Notes: generated from the letters alone by a model not told the origin. 55,120 nt of DNA from an uncultured Thermotogae bacterium (GCA_964649445.1 CAZYPS010000001.1:1-55120), one strand, 5' to 3'; positions 9,331 through 18,240 are shown, numbered from the stretch's first letter. Program-made: numbers and translations.

Positions 9331-10035
9331 ATGGGAGAGACAATGGTAAAGCTGGAAAACGTTGCAAAGGAGTACTTGATGGGGGAGACCAAGGTCCGGG
9401 CTCTACGTGGACTTGACCTTAATATTGATAGTGAAGAGTTCGTAGCGATAGTTGGACCTTCCGGTTCGGGGAAAAGTACGTTAATGCACATAATTGGTGC
9501 CCTGGATATCCCGGATCAGGGCCGGGTATTGCTGGACGACAGGGATATATCGGATTACAGCGAAAACGAACTGGCTGAACTGCGGGGTAATAAAGTCGGG
9601 TTCGTCTTTCAGACGTTCAACCTGATTCATACTTTGACCAGCCTGGATAACGTGGCGTTGCCCCTCACCTTTCACGGAGTAGAGAAATCGAAAAGAGAAG
9701 AACGAGCCGTTGACCTACTCGAAATGGTTGGGCTCGGAGACAGGTTGAGTCACAAGCCCGCCGAACTGTCGGGCGGGGAACAGCAGAGGGTCTCCATCGC
9801 CCGGGCGCTGGTGAACGAGCCTGATATCCTGCTCGCGGACGAGCCAACGGGAAATCTCGATTCTGATACGGGCGAGGATATAATGGAATTGATTAAGGGG
9901 TTAAACAGGGACCGAGGTATGACGATAGTGGTAGTTACCCATAACCCGCGGGATGCGGAATACGCTGATAGGATAGTTAATATGATCGACGGTGAAATAA
10001 CGAATGGCGAGCGGGAAGTTGGAGGGGATGGTTAA
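9331..10035 (+). CDS. ABC transporter ATP-binding protein (MacB/LolD-like)
   Basis: Walker A is GPSGSGKST, the signature is LSGGEQQR and Walker B is ILLADEP. The start is either ATG 9331 or ATG 9343 (MVKLENV). Confidence 0.9.
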   Translation: MGETMVKLENVAKEYLMGETKVRALRGLDLNIDSEEFVAIVGPSGSGKSTLMHIIGALDIPDQGRVLLDDRDISDYSENELAELRGNKVGFVFQTFNLIHTLTSLDNVALPLTFHGVEKSKREERAVDLLEMVGLGDRLSHKPAELSGGEQQRVSIARALVNEPDILLADEPTGNLDSDTGEDIMELIKGLNRDRGMTIVVVTHNPRDAEYADRIVNMIDGEITNGEREVGGDG

Positions 10036-11264
10036 TGTTCCTCGATTACCTGAGTTTATCTTGGCACTCGATAAAAAACAGGAGCCTCCGGTCCTGGTTG
10101 ACCATTCTTGGGGTTGTAATTGGAGTAACCGCAATAGTTACGCTAATTTCTATTGGACAGGGGATTCAGGATTCAATTCTGAGGGAGTTCGAAAAAGTGG
10201 GATATAATACCATCACCGTTTTGCCCGGCAACTTCGACACTCAAGGAGGTGGATTCGGTAATGCAACTGCGGATTCCACTTCTTACCTCGAGAAAAGTGT
10301 GGTAGATGTAGTTGACGGTGTTAAGGTCTCGGCGGCAATTCGCAGCGAGGACCTCCAGGTAATTTCCGAGGGATTGGAGGGTCAGGCTTTTTTACGCGTT
10401 ACCGGGATGAGTCCAGAGGTCCTTTCCGATTTCGATAACTACTTCGAAGGATTCACGGTAACCGAAGGGAGTCGGTTTTCTTTCGAAGGCGAGGGAAACG
10501 AGGTAGTTCTTGGTCCCGACGTTGCCAAAGACCTGGGAGTTTCTGCAGGTGAGACTCTAAGAATAGAGGGGGAAGAGTTTACGGTAACCGGTATCCTTGG
10601 AGTGGATCAAGAAGATGGTAGTGGCGGACAGTTCAACTTCTACGGTGACCTTGAAAACGGACTATTCGTGCCTCTTTCCACTCTTGAAGGGTTTTACGGT
10701 AGACAAGGTAAGGCTTCACTTATTCTGGCCGAGGTCTACGAAGACATCGAAGTATCCGAAGTGGCTGACGAAATAGAGAAAGCCTACGCTGCACGAGATA
10801 CGGCATCGACCACTATTACCACGGAAGAGATTAGTAACCGTGTTAATAGCGCTCTGGGAACCATTCAGATCGCGCTGGCCGGTATTGCCGCTATCTCGCT
10901 GCTCGTAGGAGGGATAGGAGTGATGAACACTATGTACACGGCAGTGCTGGAGAGAACGAGGGAGATAGGGGTGATGAAAGCAGTTGGGGCAAAGAACGGG
11001 CAAATCCTGGGGCTATTCCTGACGGAATCCGGGCTGCTGGGACTCGTTGGGGGTGCAATCGGTACTTTGGTTGGCGTTGGGCTCAGCCTTCTGGCCAGCA
11101 GGTTCATCAGTCAGGCGCTCGAGGCACCTTTCGTCCCTGCTTTCGGTCCGGGATTGCTGATTGGAGCTATCGCGTTTTCCTTCGTTCTCGGTTCAATCTC
11201 AGGTGTACTACCCGCTCGACAGGCATCGAAGCTTCAGCCGGTGGAAGCACTAAGGTATGAGTAG
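10035..11264 (+). CDS. ABC transporter permease, FtsX/MacB family
   Basis: 409 aa with an N-terminal TM helix, a large periplasmic domain and a C-terminal FtsX-type 3-TM bundle. The start overlaps the upstream stop (TAATG). Confidence 0.85.
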   Translation: MFLDYLSLSWHSIKNRSLRSWLTILGVVIGVTAIVTLISIGQGIQDSILREFEKVGYNTITVLPGNFDTQGGGFGNATADSTSYLEKSVVDVVDGVKVSAAIRSEDLQVISEGLEGQAFLRVTGMSPEVLSDFDNYFEGFTVTEGSRFSFEGEGNEVVLGPDVAKDLGVSAGETLRIEGEEFTVTGILGVDQEDGSGGQFNFYGDLENGLFVPLSTLEGFYGRQGKASLILAEVYEDIEVSEVADEIEKAYAARDTASTTITTEEISNRVNSALGTIQIALAGIAAISLLVGGIGVMNTMYTAVLERTREIGVMKAVGAKNGQILGLFLTESGLLGLVGGAIGTLVGVGLSLLASRFISQALEAPFVPAFGPGLLIGAIAFSFVLGSISGVLPARQASKLQPVEALRYE

Positions 11265-11292
11265 ATAAATAAAACCTAAAGGAGGTAGCCAG

Positions 11293-12870
11293 ATGGTCTT
11301 TAGGAAAAAGGTGTGCGTGTTGTTTGCTGGTTTTGTATTCGCCGGTCTAATGTTCGGGATCACTGTACCTGCCGGTGGCAGGACTGAGGGCGAGGTCGAT
11401 ACGGAGCTCTGGTTGATTCCCAAAGAGTCGGTGGTGGGGGATAAATCAGTAGCGAACTTTCGGGTGGACCATCTGAGGGGTAATCTGTCTGATTATCCTA
11501 ACAAACTAACAACAGCACTGTACTGGCCAAATACGAATAATACGTTGTTTGATACAGGACTTGCGCTGAGCGGGAACATAAAAACCCCTCTGGTCGACAG
11601 AGACTCGAGGGAGTCTAGAGATTTTAGTCTCATCCTGGATGGTTATTTTGCTGAGGATTTCGGTTTCGACTATCCAATTGGTACTGCGGGCGGTAGTTCC
11701 AGGATTTCGTTTGACGAAGAAAGGATGGACTACTGGGTGGCTAAAGGGATTGTTAACTACGGGGGTTTCTCGTATCGCGCCGTTTTCCTGCTTGAGGAGA
11801 TAAAAGAAAGTAGCCCGATCATCCTTCAGGGGATTTCGGACCCGGTAATTTTCGGAACTATTGATGAAATTACGGCTGAAGCACGGGCTGAGCTTAAGAA
11901 AGTCCAGTCCGGTAAATTGTCATTTAAAGATATTTCAGCGCGGACTTCGAGGGAAATCCTTGAGGCAATCCCGACTAAAATCCTGGAAGACCAACTGGAG
12001 GTAACCAGTAATTACGGAACGGGGATGGAACTCGCCCTGTCCGGCATGAAAGTAAGTGGTATTTCCGTGGAGTTAAAGACCAGATTGGGTCTGGTTCCAA
12101 ATCCTCCGGAGATGGTCAGGGACGATCCCGGAAGCGGTTACGACGTATTTAGCGCAGTCGGTAGGTACGTGGGTTATACGGGAAGCGATATTGGTGTCAA
12201 TGGAATCGGGCTCGGTCCCGTCAGTCTGGATACAACCAGCAGTTTTTCGGCGGAGGGTGGGTTTGAGGAGACTACGGTGAATTTTTCACTTGAGGAGGCC
12301 TCGGAAATGCTCGAGTTGGAAGGCACGCTAACATATAGCCTCGAGAAAAAAACGGTCTCGCTGGAACCATCACTGGACCTGGGATGGGCCTGTTTTGACG
12401 TCTACTCCAAGATCCGCCCGCGCGAAATGACCGAGAAGCAAAACGGGTTGACCGGGATAAGTATAAAAGGTTACGGAATTAACGGAATCCAGCTGGGGAA
12501 CGTAAAAACCAGTTTTATTCACTCTCTCGGGGATAATAGATTACAGCGGACAAAAAGGCAGGATGACTGGCGGCTTCGTGCCTCTGATTACGATCTAATT
12601 GCCGAATCCGAATTTTCCTACGCAGGTGGATCGTACGCCTATGAGGTAACGGATTATGATGGAGCGATTTCCTTAGAAGGAGGGGGAGGAAACCTGGAGT
12701 TGGCAGTGGATTATTACTGGGGACCTTCTTCCAGTTTATTCGGACTTAGCGAACTTACGGGAGAAGCAGGTTATCGATTGAGTAATTCTTTTGAACTAGT
12801 TACCGGGTTGGTTCTTGACTCCGATGAAGGTGTTCAGAGCATTGTTATGAATACGATCTATAAATGGTAA
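11293..12870 (+). CDS. Secreted hypothetical protein, possible outer-membrane beta-barrel
   Basis: It has a signal-peptide-like N-terminus (VCVLFAGFVFAGLMFGITVPAGG), is Gly/Ser/Tyr-rich, and ends in ...NTIYKW (aromatic terminal residue). It is the last gene of the PadR-ABC cluster. Confidence 0.5.
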   Translation: MVFRKKVCVLFAGFVFAGLMFGITVPAGGRTEGEVDTELWLIPKESVVGDKSVANFRVDHLRGNLSDYPNKLTTALYWPNTNNTLFDTGLALSGNIKTPLVDRDSRESRDFSLILDGYFAEDFGFDYPIGTAGGSSRISFDEERMDYWVAKGIVNYGGFSYRAVFLLEEIKESSPIILQGISDPVIFGTIDEITAEARAELKKVQSGKLSFKDISARTSREILEAIPTKILEDQLEVTSNYGTGMELALSGMKVSGISVELKTRLGLVPNPPEMVRDDPGSGYDVFSAVGRYVGYTGSDIGVNGIGLGPVSLDTTSSFSAEGGFEETTVNFSLEEASEMLELEGTLTYSLEKKTVSLEPSLDLGWACFDVYSKIRPREMTEKQNGLTGISIKGYGINGIQLGNVKTSFIHSLGDNRLQRTKRQDDWRLRASDYDLIAESEFSYAGGSYAYEVTDYDGAISLEGGGGNLELAVDYYWGPSSSLFGLSELTGEAGYRLSNSFELVTGLVLDSDEGVQSIVMNTIYKW

Positions 12871-13093
12871 TCGCAGGTTAAATTTACCTGATTAGGTATG
12901 TATGTTGATCTTTTTTTTAGGTATACTTGCAAAAAAACCTTGCTTGGATTGACCGGCGTTCTTATTAAATTCTTGTCCGCCGTCGGAGGGGACAGTCAAT
13001 TGCAACCCAGCTTCGAATCTAAAATTTAGCAAATTCACTCAAAATCCCCCGGTCTTTGGCCGGGGATGAATGCGGAAGTTTGTAAATAAATAG

Positions 13094-13173
13094 AAATCGC
13101 GGTGGCGAAGCCATGAAGCGGGCGTAATGCCCCGACCTATGGGCGGGGATAGCGCGATTCAAGCGATTTTTTT
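13094..13173 (+). promoter_or_regulatory. Candidate structured 5' leader (three-helix junction plus T-run) upstream of the MATE gene
   Basis: Hand-paired. aatcgcg (13095-13101) pairs with cgcgatt (13153-13159), or alternatively aaatcgc (13094-13100) with gcgattt (13163-13169) followed by a T-run. There are inner hairpins guggc-GAA-gccau (13102-13114) and ccccg.cc-uaug-gg.cgggg (13130-13148). I recognise no riboswitch class. Confidence 0.25.
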
Positions 13174-13244
13174 ACTTAGTCGAGTTTTTAATTTAATACT
13201 CAAATAGCTTAAATCATCGTATCATCGAAGGTTTAGAAAAAAAT

Positions 13245-14714
13245 ATGAAAGAAACTTCAACGAGAATAGACCGATTAAAAGACGATATTCTGAATGGACC
13301 GATAATCAAAACTTTATTGGTCCTGGGCTGGCCCGTCATTGTCTCAAACGCCTTCCAGATGCTTTACAATCTTGTGGATACTTACTGGCTCGGGAAAATT
13401 GGCAAAGTAGCTGTGTCCGCTCCAACCGTGGGGTTTCCGGTCGTATTCTTATTGATTTCCCTCGGGTTCGGATTCTCAATAGCCGGCGTTTCACTTGTCT
13501 CCCAGCATACTGGTGCGGGTAGCTCCGAAAATGCCGACAAGGCTGCAGGACAGGTCATTTCTTTTATGCTGGTTAGTTCGGTGGTACTTTCGGCGATTGG
13601 TTACGGTGTAGCACCCGTGCTTCTCGAGACGCTGATGGGCGTCCCTGAGGACGTATTTCCTAAAGCTCTCGTTTACATTCGAATAATATTTGCGGGTCTC
13701 CCGTTAATGTTCATATTCTTTGCCTTCCGCTCCCTAATAAGAGGAATAGGCGACATGATAACCCCGATGCTGGTCACTGGTGCTTCCGTTATCGTAAATA
13801 TGTTGCTGGACCCACTATTTATCTTCGGTCTGGGAATAATGCCCGGTATGGGAGTTGCCGGAGCCGCGCTGGCAACGGTTTTAAGCCGGGGTGCTGCGTC
13901 TCTTGTAGCCATTTACCTGCTTTTCTCGGGGCGGATAGGGATCCACCTGCATTTTCGAGATCTGTTTCTAAAGTTAAGATGGGTTAAACAGATATTGAAA
14001 ATAGGGTTACCATCGGCGATCGGCCAGGCGGGAACCGCTGTAGGGTCGGTTTTATTGATGGGATTGATATCGCGGCTTGGCGTTGTTGCTGTATCGTCTT
14101 ACGGTATAGGACAACGGATCATCCGACTTCTTAACGTGGCGATCTGGGGACTTGCTTCTCCTCTCACGACGATGATAGGGCAAAATATTGGCGCGAAAAA
14201 CGAATCCAGGGCAACTACGGTCGCGAAAAGAGCCTACGCCCTATCTTTTGCCGCTCTAATAACTCTAGCGTTTGTAGTTTTCTTCTTGAGGCGCCCGTTA
14301 TTTAGAGTATTTATCGACGACCCCGAGGTCGTCGAGGCGGGGGCGCGTTTCCTCAGTATATTCCTCTGGTCGATACCGTTTTTCGGGGTTTATAGATTGA
14401 CGAGCTCCGTCTTTCGGGGGTCGGGCCACACAAGGCCACCGATGATAATGTCTCTGATTCGACTCATTCCCCTTAGGGTAGGAGTCTCTTATCTCCTGGC
14501 GTTTGGCGTGGTTGGCGTCAACCTGGGAATGGATGGCATCTGGCTGGGACTTTTCACCAGTAATTTCGTAGTAGGGATAATGGCTTTCATCTGGTTTCTT
14601 ACCGGGACCTGGAGAGAACGAACGATCAAGGAAAAAGAGCCCGAGGAATCGGTCTCAGAAGAACTCCCGGAATCAGCTGAGACACCTGAGTTGAGCGGGT
14701 CTTCCGTAGATTAG
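13245..14714 (+). CDS. MATE-family multidrug/sodium efflux transporter
   Basis: 489 aa and about 12 TM segments. The MATE N-terminal signature is LLVLGWPVIVSNAFQMLYNLVDTYWLGKIG. Confidence 0.9.
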   Translation: MKETSTRIDRLKDDILNGPIIKTLLVLGWPVIVSNAFQMLYNLVDTYWLGKIGKVAVSAPTVGFPVVFLLISLGFGFSIAGVSLVSQHTGAGSSENADKAAGQVISFMLVSSVVLSAIGYGVAPVLLETLMGVPEDVFPKALVYIRIIFAGLPLMFIFFAFRSLIRGIGDMITPMLVTGASVIVNMLLDPLFIFGLGIMPGMGVAGAALATVLSRGAASLVAIYLLFSGRIGIHLHFRDLFLKLRWVKQILKIGLPSAIGQAGTAVGSVLLMGLISRLGVVAVSSYGIGQRIIRLLNVAIWGLASPLTTMIGQNIGAKNESRATTVAKRAYALSFAALITLAFVVFFLRRPLFRVFIDDPEVVEAGARFLSIFLWSIPFFGVYRLTSSVFRGSGHTRPPMIMSLIRLIPLRVGVSYLLAFGVVGVNLGMDGIWLGLFTSNFVVGIMAFIWFLTGTWRERTIKEKEPEESVSEELPESAETPELSGSSVD

Positions 14715-14871
14715 GGCGGTACGTTTTAACCGATTCGCCTTTTCGTTGAAATCGCCTGGTGATTCTCGGAAAATAACTTGTTCATCGGTCTATAAGGTTA
14801 AGTTTTCTGCCGCAATTGGGTGGAAACGAAATTTAGTTTATGGGTAATGGCTTAATTACATCTTATAACCT

Positions 14872-14950
14872 CCTGTCGCTTGCCCGGCCACTGATTTAAC
14901 CTAAAAAGTTTTAACATTTGCCAAATTCCGGTAGCCAGGCAAGTGGTAGG
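14872..14950 (+). repeat. Dispersed long-hairpin repeat, copy H2 (17-bp arms with 3 G-U pairs on the + strand, 45-nt loop)
   Basis: The arms are cctgtcgcttgcccggc and gccaggcaagtggtagg. The loop is the reverse complement of the H1 loop (38/45 identical). TGATTT follows the 5' arm, as TGATGT does in rnpB P12. Confidence 0.8.
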
Positions 14951-15052
14951 AAGCAGGAAGGGAACAAAACTAAGTGAGGCGGCGTTAAATAGGTGGGTGA
15001 CAATGACTTTCCAGTCCCGGAGAGACGGGGATAAATGTAGGGAGAAGAAATA

Positions 15053-15961
15053 TTGTTAACTTACTTGAGAGCTAAAACGATTTTATTCCTGAAAGGTGTA
15101 GTAATGGGGATTGCCGACGTCATTCCCGGCGTCTCCGGGGGGACTATGGCATTAATAACGGGGATTTACGAAGAGCTTATTTTGGCACTGGAATCTTTTA
15201 AACCCCGGATTATCCTGGACCTTCTGGGGGGAAAGCTGGGAGAATTCAGGGCCGGGCTCAAACGGGTCAACTACAGCTTTCTGGTTCCTCTCGGTCTTGG
15301 GATCGGGTTAGCCCTTCTTGTAGGGTCTCAGTTTGTGAGATATCTATTGGAGCACTTTCCACCTTATACTTATTCTTTCTTTTTTGGACTGATTCTAGCG
15401 TCGGCCGGACTGTTGTATTTTGAGATTACAGAAGTTCAAACTTCGGCTGTAATAACAAGCATTATCGGTGTTTTCGCCGCTATTATGATTGTTGGGGTCT
15501 CAAGGGGGAGTCTTGGGCACGGTCTCCCGGTAATTTTAGTCTCTGGAGCTATCGCCGTTTGCGCCATGATCCTTCCGGGCATCTCCGGCGCCTTCATTCT
15601 CTTGTTGCTGGGACAGTACGAGTACATCTTGGATTCTATTGGAGAACTACCCTCAAGTCTCCCGACATTATTAGTTTTTGCTCTCGGGGCTGGAGTAGGA
15701 ATAGTGGTTTTCTCTCGGGCCCTGTCTTTTGCGCTGGGCCGATGGCGGTCGGGGACTCTCGGTTTTTTAATCGGACTCATGGTTGGAGCTCTGCGAAAGC
15801 CGTTTGAGGTCCTGCTGGAGTCCCCTTCTAACCCTGCTATAGACTTCGAATGGGCCTTTCAAGACACTCTACTGGTAATTGCTTCTGGGTTACTTGGGGT
15901 AATTGTTGTAATCGGGCTTGGTTTCTTTCAGTTGAAAGAAAACCGGCGGAAAAGCGGTTAA
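15053..15961 (+). CDS. DUF368-family polytopic membrane protein (family implicated in undecaprenyl-phosphate recycling)
   Basis: Duplicated signature PGVSGGT... and PGISGAF..., about 8 TM segments. The start is TTG behind GGGAG; an ATG at the MGIADVIPG position is an alternative. Confidence 0.75.
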   Translation: MLTYLRAKTILFLKGVVMGIADVIPGVSGGTMALITGIYEELILALESFKPRIILDLLGGKLGEFRAGLKRVNYSFLVPLGLGIGLALLVGSQFVRYLLEHFPPYTYSFFFGLILASAGLLYFEITEVQTSAVITSIIGVFAAIMIVGVSRGSLGHGLPVILVSGAIAVCAMILPGISGAFILLLLGQYEYILDSIGELPSSLPTLLVFALGAGVGIVVFSRALSFALGRWRSGTLGFLIGLMVGALRKPFEVLLESPSNPAIDFEWAFQDTLLVIASGLLGVIVVIGLGFFQLKENRRKSG

Positions 15962-16365
15962 ATTTCCAGGAGATCTAGCCCGATTTTCTCGTCGTGATAA
16001 CGGTTCAGCCTAGCGGGAGCAGGTGTCGCGATTATCTCGCATGTTGCCGCTACTACGGCTTCGACCAGGTGGCCCCCGTAAGTCTCCATTTCCTCCGTGC
16101 CAAGACATGCGTGAGGATGAATTCCTTCTTCAGTTATGGTGCCCATTAGGGATACGATCTCAAGAGGCTGGGCCAGTTCTTTCTCGCTGTATTCTTTCGA
16201 GACCAGGGAATAGTGGCCTAAAGTTGCCTTCGATACGGCTCCTATACCCTGAAAGGAGCCCGCGGTAACGTCCTCGTCCTCCAGTATCTCTTCAACTTCA
16301 GTTACTATTTCTTCACCTTTTTCCAGCCGAATAAACAGCTTGTCGCCGAAAGTTTTATTTTTCAT
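15958..16365 (-). CDS. PPC/DUF296-domain protein
   Basis: 135 aa. The pattern GEEIVTEVEEILEDEDVTAGSFQGIGAVSKATLGHY...GHLHACLG-like is typical of the PPC (DUF296) fold. Confidence 0.6.
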   Translation of the reverse strand: MKNKTFGDKLFIRLEKGEEIVTEVEEILEDEDVTAGSFQGIGAVSKATLGHYSLVSKEYSEKELAQPLEIVSLMGTITEEGIHPHACLGTEEMETYGGHLVEAVVAATCEIIATPAPARLNRYHDEKIGLDLLEI

Positions 16366-16536
16366 ATTAACCTCCTTTTAGGGTTAGGGTTTCCTATCTT
16401 CCTAAATAATCAATGGGAAAATTACAGCACAATAAGATTAGGAAATCAACTAAAAAAAGAGAAGTTAAAACCACGCCTCAACTGCCGGGTCCCGGCTAAT
16501 AGAATCCAACCAGCTGATTCATTCGAGCACACCCCT

Positions 16537-16565
16537 GTGGCATTTTCGGCTAATTTTGGTAAAAT
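16537..16565 (+). promoter_or_regulatory. Candidate sigma70-type promoter of rnpB
   Basis: GTGGCA - 17 nt - TAAAAT, with the -10 element ending 6 nt (16566-16571) before the predicted RNase P RNA 5' end (G16572). Confidence 0.3.
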
Positions 16566-16571
16566 TTGCCC

Positions 16572-16950
16572 GAAGGGGAAGAGGAAGTCGCGACCTTTTG
16601 GTCGAGGAAAGTCCGGACTCCACAGGGCGGGTTGCTGGTCGATGTTCACCAGCTAAGACCAGAGCCGGTGACGGCTGGAAAGTGCCACAGAAAAGAGACC
16701 TCCAGCACTTACCTGGCACTTGATGTTCGTAAAAAGCTTAACCTTTAACTTTCAGTGCCAGGTAAGTGCTGGAAAGGGTGCAACGGTGAGGTAAGAGCTC
16801 ACCGCTTCAGTCGCGAGGCTGAAGGCAGGGCAAACCCCGACCGGAGTAAAGCCAAATAGGGAGGTATGGAGTTGCCCGCTCCTTTAACCTCCGGGTAGGC
16901 TGCTTAGATAGATGGCTTCCTAACACAGGATCCGGCTTAACTTCCCCTTC
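16572..16950 (+). ncRNA. rnpB: RNase P RNA, bacterial type A
   Basis: The universally conserved blocks are read directly: GAGGAAAGUCCGGACUCC, AAAGGGUGCAACGGUGAGGUAAGAGCUCACC, AAAGCCAAAUAGGGAGG, CCGGGUAGGCUGCUUAGAUAG and ACACAGGAUCCGGCUUA. P1 pairs gaaggggaag (16572-16581) with cttccccttc (16941-16950). The overlapping track ORFs are spurious. Confidence 0.92.
16701..16773 (+). repeat. Copy H3 of the dispersed hairpin repeat, forming helix P12 of rnpB
   Basis: A 19-bp perfect stem tccagcacttacctggcac / gtgccaggtaagtgctgga with a 35-nt loop. It sits between the J11/12-like ACAGAAAAGAGACC and GGAAAGGGUG, which is the P12 position. Confidence 0.8.
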
Positions 16951-17061
16951 ATCTCTTCTATAGGCTTGCCTGGAATGAAGAACTTCGAACAAAACAACGG
17001 GGCTTGGAGAGATATATTTTAAGTAATTTTTTCGGGTTTTTACGAATCAAACCCAGCATCC

Positions 17062-17084
17062 CCAAAAGGGCTCAACACTTGAGC
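17062..17084 (-). terminator. Weak intrinsic terminator candidate downstream of mraY
   Basis: The minus strand reads gctcaa-gtg-ttgagc followed by ccuuuugggg (only 4 U). Confidence 0.25.
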
Positions 17085-17226
17085 TTCCCTGGATATGATG
17101 GTTACACCCGAATAATAACCAGCGATTCTTAAGCTCAATATTCTTAATTGGCTGCTGGACCATAACAATCTGATTCATCTTCCAGGGCCTGGGGAATTCT
17201 CAGCTAAGGATGGTAGTCTAGCAGGA

Positions 17227-18240
17227 TTAACCCCAGACAAAGAATCCAGCCAACCCGATCCCGGCTAACACCAGATGGGTTATTAACAACCTGGCGGTTA
17301 CCTTTGGTTCGTCCCATTCAACATTCGGAAGCAGATAATCGTAGTCAATTCCCTCAGCCGACTCGAAATGGTGATGAAGGGGGGTTATTTTAAATACTCT
17401 TTTTCCCGTGGATTTGTAATAACCGACCTGGATCAGTACGGATAAAGTTTCGAGCAGGAATAATCCACCCAGTAAAGCAAGATATATTTCCCCTTTGGCT
17501 ATTATGGCGGCAGCCCCCAGAAAGCCTCCCAGGGCAAAAGCTCCGGTATCGCCCATAAATAGTTTGGCCGGATAGACGTTATACCAGAGAAAGCCGATTA
17601 TTGCGGCTATAACTCCTGAAATAAAAGGGGAAGTGGTCGAGGAGTTAATCAAACCAAAAGCTCCTATCGATATCAGGCTGGCATGGGCCGCCAGGCCATC
17701 CATGCCGTCCGTTAGGTTTACTGCATTTACCGTACCAATCAGAATGAAGACACCAATCAGTGGATAATAAACGGGAGGAATCTTTGGTGCTACCGAACTA
17801 AAGGGTAAAAGTATTTTAGTTGGCTCGTCTATCAGCTGAAATACTAGAACCAGAAGGAAGATGGCTACTGCAACCTGGGAAAGTATCTTTTTCAGCGGAG
17901 TGAGTCCCTTGGCTTCCCCTCTGATCAGACTTAAGATGTCATCTATAAATCCTATTAGTCCGAAACCAAAGGTTCCTACGGTAAAAAGTATTAAATTATT
18001 TCTCCCGCCGGGGAAACTGAACCATAAATAAATTAGTGCCGAACCCAGCCCGGCGAGTATCGCAAGACCACCCATGGTCGGCGTCCCGCTTTTGTGTTCG
18101 TGGACTTTTGGACCCCAGTTTCTTATGTGTTGCCCGATATTTCGCGAATTCATCAAGATTATCAATAAACGGGCAGAGACCAGGCTAACTAAAAGAGAAA
18201 TCAACGCCGCAATAGTGGCTACGGATCTCAATACGATCAC
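17227..18240 (-). CDS. mraY: Phospho-N-acetylmuramoyl-pentapeptide transferase
   Basis: 337 aa and about 10 TM segments. MraY motifs are present: HEHKSGTPTMGG, NAVNLTDGMDGLA, FMGDTGAFALGG and PLHHHFE. The start is GTG. Confidence 0.9.
   Translation of the reverse strand: MIVLRSVATIAALISLLVSLVSARLLIILMNSRNIGQHIRNWGPKVHEHKSGTPTMGGLAILAGLGSALIYLWFSFPGGRNNLILFTVGTFGFGLIGFIDDILSLIRGEAKGLTPLKKILSQVAVAIFLLVLVFQLIDEPTKILLPFSSVAPKIPPVYYPLIGVFILIGTVNAVNLTDGMDGLAAHASLISIGAFGLINSSTTSPFISGVIAAIIGFLWYNVYPAKLFMGDTGAFALGGFLGAAAIIAKGEIYLALLGGLFLLETLSVLIQVGYYKSTGKRVFKITPLHHHFESAEGIDYDYLLPNVEWDEPKVTARLLITHLVLAGIGLAGFFVWG

Noticed and set aside
13047-13160. Small GC hairpins followed by GGGGA(T/A)(A/G)A resemble type I-E CRISPR repeats. 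They are ccccggtctttggccggggatgaa (about 13049-13072), gccccgacctatgggcggggatag (13129-13152), gccccgaccggaagtgcggggaaa (22271-22294) and tcccggagagacggggataaa (about 15025).
   Set aside because: There is no regular repeat-spacer periodicity. The flanks are not conserved between copies, only four scattered instances exist and no cas genes are present. The similarity is limited to a generic CCCCG/CGGGG stem.
16446-16992. Four track ORFs (16446-16649, 16519-16719, 16566-16748, 16807-16992).
   Set aside because: They overlap the clearly identifiable RNase P RNA gene and its promoter. They have no SD or protein-like composition.
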